Shown here: in pieces, positions 1 through 11,248 of the stretch
Layout of the letters: every line of letters begins with the position of its first letter
How positions within the stretch are numbered: position 1 is the first letter of the stretch
Assembly (NCBI GenBank): GCA_043228905.1
Contig: JBHGNT010000562.1
Location: forward strand, 1-20,743
Direction: 5' to 3'
DNA from: Azolla caroliniana
Taxonomy: Eukaryota; Plantae; Polypodiophyta
Length of the DNA stretch: 20,743 nt
Translations under genes and position numbers: made by a program
The notes under the pieces: generated by a model
Told to the model about the DNA's origin: nothing
The model's input: only the letters and a program-made list of their open reading frames with translations
The model's database searches: none

Positions 1-62
1 AAGACATGACGAAATTACCAAACATGAGGAGGGAGTTCAGAGGAGCCCCTGAGTAAATTAAA

Positions 63-240
63 ATGTTCATACCTGGCTCGTGTGATATCGGATTTTTGTG
101 TTCAAGCATGCGAATCGAAGCTAACAACGCTAGCTATGATATGGAATTAAAAAATCAAGATTTTGAAACTCAGGTCGAGAGATATGACGAAATTACCAAA
201 TTTGAGGAGTGAGTTGGGAAGAGCTTGTAAGTAAATTAAA
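63..240 (+). repeat. Representative 178-bp monomer (A-type tail TTTGAGGAGTGAGTTGGGAAGAGCT)
   Basis: First complete unit. It has 65/178 G+C by hand count, an EcoRV site (GATATC), an NheI site (GCTAGC), two TaqI sites (TCGA) and 7 CpGs. Confidence 0.97.
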
Positions 241-2375
241 ATGTTCATACCTAGCTCGTGTGATATCGGATTTATGTGTTGAAGCCTGCAAATCGAAGCT
301 AACAACGCTAGCTATGATATGGAATTAAAAAATCAAGATTTTGAAACTCAGGTCGAGAGACATGACGAAATTACCAAACATGAGGAGGGAGTTGGGAGGA
401 GCCCTTAGGTAAATTAAAATGTTCATACCTGGCTCGTGTGATATCGGATTTTTGTGTTCAAGCATGCGAATCGAAGCTAACAACGCTAGCTATGATATGG
501 AATTAAAAAATCAAGATTTTGAAACTCAGGTCGAGAGACATGACGAAATTACCAAATTTGAGGAGTGAGTTGGGAAGAGCTAGTAGGTAAATTAAAATGT
601 TCATACCTGGCTCGTGTGATATCGGATTTTTGTGTTCAAACATGCGAATCGAAGTTAACAACGCTAGCTATGATATGGAATTAAAAAATCAAGATTTTGA
701 AACTCAGGTCGAGAGACATGACGAAATTACCAAATTTGAGGAATGAGTTGGGAAGAGCTAGTAGGTAAATTAAAATGTTCATACCTGGCTCGTGTGATAT
801 CGGATTTTTGTGTTCAAACATGCGAATCAAAGCTAACAATGCTAGCTATGATATGGAATTAAAAAATCAAAATTTTGAAACTCAGGTCGAGAGACATGAC
901 GAAATTACCAAACATGAGGAGGGAGTTCAGAGGAGCCCTTGAGTAAATTAAAATGTTCATACCTGGGGAGTGTGATATCGGATTTTTGTGTTCAAGCATG
1001 CGAATCGAAGCTAACAACGCTAGCTATGATATGGAATTAAAAATCAAGATTTTGAAACTCAGGTCGAGAGATATGACGAAATTACCAAATTTGAGGAGTG
1101 AGTTGGGAAGAGCTTGTAGGTAAATTAAAATGTTCATACCTGGCTCGTGTGATATCGGATTTTTGTGTTCAAACATGCGAATCGAAGCTAACAATGCTAG
1201 CTATGATATGGAATTAAAAAATCAAGATTTTGAAACTCAGGTCGAGAGACATGACGAAATTACCAAACATGAGGAGGGAGTTCAGAGGAGCCCTTGAGTA
1301 AATTAAAATGTTCATACCTGGGGAGTGTGATATCGGATTTTTGTGTTCAAGCATGCGAATAGAAGCTAACAACGCTAGCTATGATATGGAATTAAAAAAT
1401 CAAGATTTTGAAATTCAGGTCGAGAGATATGACGAAATTACCAAATTTGAGGAGTGAGTTGGGAAGAGCTTGTAGGTAAATTAAAATGTTCATACCTGGC
1501 TCGTGTGATATCGGATTTTTGTGTTCAAACATGCGAATCGAAGCTAACAATGCTAGCTATGATATGGAATTAAAAAATCAAGATTTTGAAACTCAGGTCG
1601 AGAGACATGACGAAATTACCAAACATGAGGAGGGAGTTCAGAGGAGCCCTTGAGTAAATTAAAATGTTCATACCTGGGGAGTGTTATATCGGATTTTTGT
1701 GTTCAAGCATGCGAATCGAAGCTAACAACGCTAGCTATGATATGGAATTAAAAAATCAAGATTTTGAAATTCAGGTCGAGAGATATGACGAAATTACCAA
1801 ATTTGAGGAGTGAGTTGGGAAGAGCTTGTAGGTAAATTAAAATGTTCATACCTGGCTCGTGTGATATCGGATTTTTGTGTTCAAACATGCGAATCGAAGC
1901 TAACAACGCTAGCTATGATATGGAATTAAAAAATCAAGATTTTGAAACTCAGGTCGAGAGACATGACGAAATTACGAAATTTGAGGAGTGAGTTGGGAAG
2001 AGCTAGTAGGTAAATTAAAATGTTCATACCTGGCTCGTGTGATATCGGATTTTTGTGTTCAAACATGCGAATCGAAGCTAACAACGCTAGCTATGATATG
2101 GAATTAAAAAATCAAGATTTTGAAACTCAGGTCGAGAGACATGACGAAATTACCAAATTTGAGGAGTGAGTTGGGAAGAGCTTGTAGGTAAATTAAAATG
2201 TTCATACCTGGGGAGTGTGATATCGGATTTTTGTGTTCAAACATGCGAATCGAAGCTAACAATGCTAGCTATGATATGGAATTAAAAAATCAAGATTTTG
2301 AAACTCAGGTCGAAAGACATGACGAAATTACCAAACATGAGGAGGGAGTTCAGAGGAGCCCCTGAGTAAATTAAA
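63..2375 (+). repeat. 13-monomer higher-order repeat (HOR) unit, 2313 bp
   Basis: The order of diagnostic variants (CTAGCTCG/GAAGCCTGCAAA, GAAGTTAAC, AATCAAAG, 5-A deletion, AATAGAAG, GTGTTATAT) recurs at +2313 = 13x178-1. Positions 1-1826 appear identical to 2314-4139. Confidence 0.93.
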
Positions 2376-4331
2376 ATGTTCATACCTGGCTCGTGTGATA
2401 TCGGATTTTTGTGTTCAAGCATGCGAATCGAAGCTAACAACGCTAGCTATGATATGGAATTAAAAAATCAAGATTTTGAAACTCAGGTCGAGAGATATGA
2501 CGAAATTACCAAATTTGAGGAGTGAGTTGGGAAGAGCTTGTAAGTAAATTAAAATGTTCATACCTAGCTCGTGTGATATCGGATTTATGTGTTGAAGCCT
2601 GCAAATCGAAGCTAACAACGCTAGCTATGATATGGAATTAAAAAATCAAGATTTTGAAACTCAGGTCGAGAGACATGACGAAATTACCAAACATGAGGAG
2701 GGAGTTGGGAGGAGCCCTTAGGTAAATTAAAATGTTCATACCTGGCTCGTGTGATATCGGATTTTTGTGTTCAAGCATGCGAATCGAAGCTAACAACGCT
2801 AGCTATGATATGGAATTAAAAAATCAAGATTTTGAAACTCAGGTCGAGAGACATGACGAAATTACCAAATTTGAGGAGTGAGTTGGGAAGAGCTAGTAGG
2901 TAAATTAAAATGTTCATACCTGGCTCGTGTGATATCGGATTTTTGTGTTCAAACATGCGAATCGAAGTTAACAACGCTAGCTATGATATGGAATTAAAAA
3001 ATCAAGATTTTGAAACTCAGGTCGAGAGACATGACGAAATTACCAAATTTGAGGAATGAGTTGGGAAGAGCTAGTAGGTAAATTAAAATGTTCATACCTG
3101 GCTCGTGTGATATCGGATTTTTGTGTTCAAACATGCGAATCAAAGCTAACAATGCTAGCTATGATATGGAATTAAAAAATCAAAATTTTGAAACTCAGGT
3201 CGAGAGACATGACGAAATTACCAAACATGAGGAGGGAGTTCAGAGGAGCCCTTGAGTAAATTAAAATGTTCATACCTGGGGAGTGTGATATCGGATTTTT
3301 GTGTTCAAGCATGCGAATCGAAGCTAACAACGCTAGCTATGATATGGAATTAAAAATCAAGATTTTGAAACTCAGGTCGAGAGATATGACGAAATTACCA
3401 AATTTGAGGAGTGAGTTGGGAAGAGCTTGTAGGTAAATTAAAATGTTCATACCTGGCTCGTGTGATATCGGATTTTTGTGTTCAAACATGCGAATCGAAG
3501 CTAACAATGCTAGCTATGATATGGAATTAAAAAATCAAGATTTTGAAACTCAGGTCGAGAGACATGACGAAATTACCAAACATGAGGAGGGAGTTCAGAG
3601 GAGCCCTTGAGTAAATTAAAATGTTCATACCTGGGGAGTGTGATATCGGATTTTTGTGTTCAAGCATGCGAATAGAAGCTAACAACGCTAGCTATGATAT
3701 GGAATTAAAAAATCAAGATTTTGAAATTCAGGTCGAGAGATATGACGAAATTACCAAATTTGAGGAGTGAGTTGGGAAGAGCTTGTAGGTAAATTAAAAT
3801 GTTCATACCTGGCTCGTGTGATATCGGATTTTTGTGTTCAAACATGCGAATCGAAGCTAACAATGCTAGCTATGATATGGAATTAAAAAATCAAGATTTT
3901 GAAACTCAGGTCGAGAGACATGACGAAATTACCAAACATGAGGAGGGAGTTCAGAGGAGCCCTTGAGTAAATTAAAATGTTCATACCTGGGGAGTGTTAT
4001 ATCGGATTTTTGTGTTCAAGCATGCGAATCGAAGCTAACAACGCTAGCTATGATATGGAATTAAAAAATCAAGATTTTGAAATTCAGGTCGAGAGATATG
4101 ACGAAATTACCAAATTTGAGGAGTGAGTTGGGAAGAGCTAGTAGGTAAATTAAAATGTTCATACCTGGCTCGTGTGATATCGGATTTTGTGCTGAAGCAC
4201 GCGAATCGAAGCTAACAACGCTAGCTATGATATGGAATTAAAAAATCAAGATTTTGAAACTCAGGTCGAGAGACATGACGAAATTACCAAATTTGAGGAG
4301 TGAGTTGGGAAGAGCTAGTAGGTAAATTAAA
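2376..4331 (+). repeat. 11-monomer HOR variant (1956 bp)
   Basis: HOR monomers 1-10 are followed by a 177-bp GGATTTTGTGCTGAAGCACG monomer at 4155, and then monomer 1 restarts at 4332. Confidence 0.85.
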
Positions 4332-6252
4332 ATGTTCATACCTGGCTCGTGTGATATCGGATTTTTGTGTTCAAGCATGCGAATCGAAGCTAACAACGCT
4401 AGCTATGATATGGAATTAAAAAATCAAGATTTTGAAACTCAGGTCGAGAGATATGACGAAATTACCAAATTTGAGGAGTGAGTTGGGAAGAGCTTGTAAG
4501 TAAATTAAAATGTTCATACCTGGCTCGTGTGATATCGGATTTTTGTGTTCAAGCATGCGAATCGAAGCTAACAACGCTAGCTATGATATGGAATTAAAAA
4601 ATCAAGATTTTGAAACTCAGGTCGAGAGATATGACGAAATTACCAAATTTGAGGAGTGAGTTGGGAAGAGCTTGTAAGTAAATTAAAATGTTCATACCTA
4701 GCTCGTGTGATATCGGATTTATGTGTTGAAGCCTGCAAATCGAAGCTAACAACGCTAGCTATGATATGGAATTAAAAAATCAAGATTTTGAAACTCTGGT
4801 CGAGAGACATGACGAAATTACCAAACATGAGGAGGGAGTTGGGAGGAGCCCTTAGGTAAATTAAAATGTTCATACCTGGCTCGTGTGATATCGGATTTTT
4901 GTGTTCAAGCATGCGAATCGAAGCTAACAACGCTAGCTATGATATGGAATTAAAAAATCAAGATTTTGAAACTCAGGTCGAGAGACATGACGAAATTACC
5001 AAATTTGAGGAGTGAGTTGGGAAGAGCTAGTAGGTAAATTAAAATGTTCATACCTGGCTCGTGTGATATCGGATTTTTGTGTTCAAACATGCGAATCGAA
5101 GCTAACAACGCTAGCTATGATATGGAATTAAAAAATCAAGATTTTGAAACTCAGGTCGAGAGATATGACGAAATTACCAAATTTGAGGAGTGAGTTGGGA
5201 AGAGCTAGTAGGTAAATTAAAATGTTCATACCTGGCTCGTGTGATATCGGATTTTTGCGTTCAAACATGCGAATCGAAGCTAACAACGCTAGCTATGATA
5301 TGGAATTAAAAAATCAAGATTTTGAAACTCAGGTCGAGAGACATGACGAAATTACCAAACATGAGGAGGGAGTTCAGAGGAGCCCTTGAGTAAATTAAAA
5401 TGTTCATACCTGGCTCGTGTGATATCGGATTTTTGTGTTCAAACATGCGAATCGAAGCTAACAACGCTAGCTATGATATGGAATTAAAAAATCAAGATTT
5501 TGAAACTCAGGTCGAGAGACATGACGAAATTACCAAATTTGAGGAGTGAGTTGGGAAGAGCTCGTTGATAAATTAAAATGTTCATACCTGGCTCGTGTGA
5601 TATCGGATTTTTGTGTTCAAACATGCGAATCGAAGCTAACAATGCTAGCTATGATATGCAATTAAAAAATCAAGATTTTGAAACTCAGGTCAAGAGACAT
5701 GACGAAATTACCAAACATGAGGAGGGAGTTCAGAGGAGCCCTTGAGTAAATTAAAATGTTCATACCTGGCTCGTGTGATATCGGATTTCTGTGTTGAAGC
5801 ACGCGAATCGAAGCTAACAACGCTAGCTATGATATGGAATTAAAAAATCAAGATTTTGAAACTCAGGTCGAGAGACATGATGGAATTAAAAAATTTGAGG
5901 AGTGAGTTGGGAAGAGCTAGTTGCTAAATTAAAATGTTCATACCTGGCTCGTGTGATATCGGATTTTTGTGTTCAAACATGCGAATCGAAGCTAACAACG
6001 CTAGCTATGATATGGAATTAAAAAATCAAGATTTTGAATCTTAGGTCGAGAGACATGACAAAATTACCAAATTTGAGGAATGAGTTGGGAAGAGCTAGTA
6101 GGTAAATTAAAATGTTCATACCTGGCTCGTGTGATATCGGATTTTTGTTTTCAAACATGCGAATCGAAGCTAACAATGCTAGCTATGATATGGAATTAAA
6201 AAATCAAGATTTTGAAACTCAGGTCGAAAGACATGACGAAATTACCAAACAT

Positions 6253-6286
6253 GAGGAGGGAGTTCAGAGGAGGGAGTTCAGAGGAG
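6253..6286 (+). other. Rearrangement junction: 14-bp tandem duplication plus 35-bp deletion fusing two monomers
   Basis: GAGGAGGGAGTTCA occurs twice (6253-6266, 6267-6280), then GAGGAG is joined directly to TGTTATATCGG. The next anchor is at 6447, which is 6112+356-21. Confidence 0.93.
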
Positions 6287-6980
6287 TGTTATATCGGATT
6301 TTTGTGTTCAAGCATGCGAATCGAAGCTAACAACGCTAGCTATGATATGGAATTAAAAAATCAAGATTTTGAAATTCAGGTCGAGAGATATGACGAAATT
6401 ACCAAATTTGAGGAGTGAGTTGGGAAGAGCTTGTAGGTAAATTAAAATGTTCATACCTGGCTCGTGTGATATCGGATTTTTGTGTTCAAACATGCGAATC
6501 GAAGCTAACAACGCTAGCTATGATATGGAATTAAAAAATCAAGATTTTGAAACTCAGGTCGAGAGACATGACGAAATTACGAAATTTGAGGAGTGAGTTG
6601 GGAAGAGCTAGTAGGTAAATTAAAATGTTCATACCTGGCTCGTGTGATATCGGATTTTTGTGTTCAAACATGCGAATCGAAGCTAACAACGCTAGCTATG
6701 ATATGGAATTAAAAAATCAAGATTTTGAAACTCAGGTCGAGAGACATGACGAAATTACCAAATTTGAGGAGTGAGTTGGGAAGAGCTTGTAGGTAAATTA
6801 AAATGTTCATACCTGGGGAGTGTGATATCGGATTTTTGTGTTCAAACATGCGAATCGAAGCTAACAATGCTAGCTATGATATGGAATTAAAAAATCAAGA
6901 TTTTGAAACTCAGGTCGAAAGACATGACGAAATTACCAAACATGAGGAGGGAGTTCAGAGGAGCCCCTGAGTAAATTAAA

Positions 6981-8936
6981 ATGTTCATACCTGGCTCGTG
7001 TGATATCGGATTTTTGTGTTCAAGCATGCGAATCGAAGCTAACAACGCTAGCTATGATATGGAATTAAAAAATCAAGATTTTGAAACTCAGGTCGAGAGA
7101 TATGACGAAATTACCAAATTTGAGGAGTGAGTTGGGAAGAGCTTGTAAGTAAATTAAAATGTTCATACCTAGCTCGTGTGATATCGGATTTATGTGTTGA
7201 AGCCTGCAAATCGAAGCTAACAACGCTAGCTATGATATGGAATTAAAAAATCAAGATTTTGAAACTCAGGTCGAGAGACATGACGAAATTACCAAACATG
7301 AGGAGGGAGTTGGGAGGAGCCCTTAGGTAAATTAAAATGTTCATACCTGGCTCGTGTGATATCGGATTTTTGTGTTCAAGCATGCGAATCGAAGCTAACA
7401 ACGCTAGCTATGATATGGAATTAAAAAATCAAGATTTTGAAACTCAGGTCGAGAGACATGACGAAATTACCAAATTTGAGGAGTGAGTTGGGAAGAGCTA
7501 GTAGGTAAATTAAAATGTTCATACCTGGCTCGTGTGATATCGGATTTTTGTGTTCAAACATGCGAATCGAAGTTAACAACGCTAGCTATGATATGGAATT
7601 AAAAAATCAAGATTTTGAAACTCAGGTCGAGAGACATGACGAAATTACCAAATTTGAGGAATGAGTTGGGAAGAGCTAGTAGGTAAATTAAAATGTTCAT
7701 ACCTGGCTCGTGTGATATCGGATTTTTGTGTTCAAACATGCGAATCAAAGCTAACAATGCTAGCTATGATATGGAATTAAAAAATCAAAATTTTGAAACT
7801 CAGGTCGAGAGACATGACGAAATTACCAAACATGAGGAGGGAGTTCAGAGGAGCCCTTGAGTAAATTAAAATGTTCATACCTGGGGAGTGTGATATCGGA
7901 TTTTTGTGTTCAAGCATGCGAATCGAAGCTAACAACGCTAGCTATGATATGGAATTAAAAATCAAGATTTTGAAACTCAGGTCGAGAGATATGACGAAAT
8001 TACCAAATTTGAGGAGTGAGTTGGGAAGAGCTTGTAGGTAAATTAAAATGTTCATACCTGGCTCGTGTGATATCGGATTTTTGTGTTCAAACATGCGAAT
8101 CGAAGCTAACAATGCTAGCTATGATATGGAATTAAAAAATCAAGATTTTGAAACTCAGGTCGAGAGACATGACGAAATTACCAAACATGAGGAGGGAGTT
8201 CAGAGGAGCCCTTGAGTAAATTAAAATGTTCATACCTGGGGAGTGTGATATCGGATTTTTGTGTTCAAGCATGCGAATAGAAGCTAACAACGCTAGCTAT
8301 GATATGGAATTAAAAAATCAAGATTTTGAAACTCAGGTCGAGAGACATGATGAAATTACCAAATTTGACGAGTGAGTTGGGAAAAGCTAGTTGGTAAATT
8401 AAAATGTTCATACCCGGTTCGTGTGATATCGGATTTTTGTGTTGAAGCCTGCAAATCGAAGCCAACAACGCTAGCTATGATATGGAATTAAAAAATCAAG
8501 ATTTTGAAACTCAGGTCGAGAGACATGACGAAATTACCAAACATGAGGAGGGAGTTCAGAGGAGCCCTTGAGTAAATTAAAATGTTCATACCTGGGGAGT
8601 GTTATATCGGATTTTTGTGTTCAAGCATGCGAATCGAAGCTAACAACGCTAGCTATGATATGGAATTAAAAAATCAAGATTTTGAAATTCAGGTCGAGAG
8701 ATATGACGAAATTACCAAATTTGAGGAGTGAGTTGGGAAGAGCTAGTAGGTAAATTAAAATGTTCATACCTGGCTCGTGTGATATCGGATTTTGTGCTGA
8801 AGCACGCGAATCGAAGCTAACAACGCTAGCTATGATATGGAATTAAAAAATCAAGATTTTGAAACTCAGGTCGAGAGACATGACGAAATTACCAAATTTG
8901 AGGAGTGAGTTGGGAAGAGCTAGTAGGTAAATTAAA
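6981..8936 (+). repeat. Second copy of the 11-monomer HOR variant (1956 bp), with an internal divergent patch
   Basis: Same variant order as 2376-4331 at offset 4605, including the GTGCTGAAGCACG monomer at 8760. Confidence 0.85.
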
Positions 8937-11248
8937 ATGTTCATACCTGGCTCGTGTGATATCGGATTTTTGTGTTCAAGCATGCGAATCGAAGCTAACA
9001 ACGCTAGCTATGATATGGAATTAAAAAATCAAGATTTTGAAACTCAGGTCGAGAGATATGACGAAATTACCAAATTTGAGGAGTGAGTTGGGAAGAGCTT
9101 GTAAGTAAATTAAAATGTTCATACCTAGCTCGTGTGATATCGGATTTATGTGTTGAAGCCTGCAAATCGAAGCTAACAACGCTAGCTATGATATGGAATT
9201 AAAAAATCAAGATTTTGAAACTCAGGTCGAGAGACATGACGAAATTACCAAACATGAGGAGGGAGTTGGGAGGAGCCCTTAGGTAAATTAAAATGTTCAT
9301 ACCTGGCTCGTGTGATATCGGATTTTTGTGTTCAAGCATGCGAATCGAAGCTAACAACGCTAGCTATGATATGGAATTAAAAAATCAAGATTTTGAAACT
9401 CAGGTCGAGAGACATGACGAAATTACCAAATTTGAGGAGTGAGTTGGGAAGAGCTAGTAGGTAAATTAAAATGTTCATACCTGGCTCGTGTGATATCGGA
9501 TTTTTGTGTTCAAACATGCGAATCGAAGTTAACAACGCTAGCTATGATATGGAATTAAAAAATCAAGATTTTGAAACTCAGGTCGAGAGACATGACGAAA
9601 TTATCAAATTTGAGGAATGAGTTGGGAAGAGCTAGTAGGTAAATTAAAATGTTCATACCTGGGGAGTGTGATATCGGATTTTTGTGTTCAAACATGCGAA
9701 TCGAAGCTAACAATGCTAGCTATGATATGGAATTAAAAAATCAAAATTTTGAAACTCAGGTCGAGAGACATGACGAAATTACCAAACATGAGGAGGGAGT
9801 TCAGAGGAGCCCTTGAGTAAATTAAAATGTTCATACCTGGGGAGTGTGATATCGGATTTTTGTGTTCAAGCATGCGAATCGAAGCTAACAACGCTAGCTA
9901 TGATATGGAATTAAAAATCAAGATTTTGAAACTCAGGTCGAGAGATATGACGAAATTACCAAATTTGAGGAGTGAGTTGGGAAGAGCTTGTAGGTAAATT
10001 AAAATGTTCATACCTGGCTCGTGTGATATCGGATTTTTGTGTTCAAACATGCGAATCGAAGCTAACAATGCTAGCTATGATATGGAATTAAAAAATCAAG
10101 ATTTTGAAACTCAGGTCGAGAGACATGACGAAATTACCAAACATGAGGAGGGAGTTCAGAGGAGCCCTTGAGTAAATTAAAATGTTCATACCTGGGGAGT
10201 GTGATATCGGATTTTTGTGTTCAAGCATGCGAATAGAAGCTAACAACGCTAGCTATGATATGGAATTAAAAAATCAAGATTTTGAAATTCAGGTCGAGAG
10301 ATATGACGAAATTACCAAATTTGAGGAGTGAGTTGGGAAGAGCTTGTAGGTAAATTAAAATGTTCATACCTGGCTCGTGTGATATCGGATTTTTGTGTTC
10401 AAACATGCGAATCGAAGCTAACAATGCTAGCTATGATATGGAATTAAAAAATCAAGATTTTGAAACTCAGGTCGAGAGACATGACGAAATTACCAAACAT
10501 GAGGAGGGAGTTCAGAGGAGCCCTTGAGTAAATTAAAATGTTCATACCTGGGGAGTGTTATATCGGATTTTTGTGTTCAAGCATGCGAATCGAAGCTAAC
10601 AACGCTAGCTATGATATGGAATTAAAAAATCAAGATTTTGAAATTCAGGTCGAGAGATATGACGAAATTACCAAATTTGAGGAGTGAGTTGGGAAGAGCT
10701 AGTAGGTAAATTAAAATGTTCATACCTGGCTCGTGTGATATCGGATTTTTGTGTTCAAACATGCGAATCGAAGCTAACAACGCTAGCTATGATATGGAAT
10801 TAAAAAATCAAGATTTTAAACTCAGGTCGAGAGACATGACGAAATTACCAAATTTGAGGAGTGAGTTGGGAAGAGCTAGTAGGTAAATTAAAATGTTCAT
10901 ACCTGGCTCGTGTGATATCGGATTTTTGTGTTCAAGCATGCGAATCGAAGCTAACAACGCTAGCTATGATATGGAATTAAAAAATCAAGATTTTGAAACT
11001 CAGGTCGAGAGACATGACGAAATTACCAAATTTGAGGAGTGAGTTGGGAAGAGCTTGTAGGTAAATTAAAATGTTCATACCTGGCTCGTGTGATATCGGA
11101 TTTTTGTGTTCAAACATGCGAATCGAAGCTAACAATGCTAGCTATGATATGGAATTAAAAAATCAAGATTTTGAAACTCAGGTCAAAAGACATGACGAAA
11201 TTACCAAACATGAGGAGGGAGTTCAGAGGAGCCCCTGAGTAAATTAAA
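8937..11248 (+). repeat. Diverged 13-monomer HOR copy (2312 bp)
   Basis: HOR monomers 1-10 occur in order (5-A unit at 9827, AATAGAAG unit at 10182, GTGTTATAT unit at 10538). The copy ends with the CCCCTGAGT tail and monomer 1 restarts at 11249. It has a private 1-bp deletion (GATTTTAAAC, ~10817). Confidence 0.82.

Noticed and set aside
63-212. 49-55-aa ORF (MFIPGSCDIGF...) at the start of each monomer, with AGGT/GGAG Shine-Dalgarno-like sequence upstream, i.e. a possible tandem peptide-gene array
   Set aside because: Common variants create stops (TCA>TGA in TTGAAG units) and frameshifts (5-A deletion). Most variants are non-synonymous, so there is no sign of coding constraint.
63-240. Assignment to Arabidopsis CEN178, primate alpha satellite or another named ~178-bp family
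   Set aside because: Only the length is similar. I see no canonical CENP-B box or recognisable sequence match, and naming the family needs a database search.
382-401. G-quadruplex or telomeric motif in the purine-rich tail
   Set aside because: There are at most two GGG runs per tail and no TTAGGG or TTTAGGG arrays.
6112-6330. 72-aa ORF from the ORF track
   Set aside because: It is a by-product of the 6253-6286 junction, which removes the usual stop codon. It is translated satellite with no recognisable protein features.
6212-6418. 68-aa ORF from the ORF track
   Set aside because: It reads through the same junction in another frame and is composed entirely of satellite sequence.
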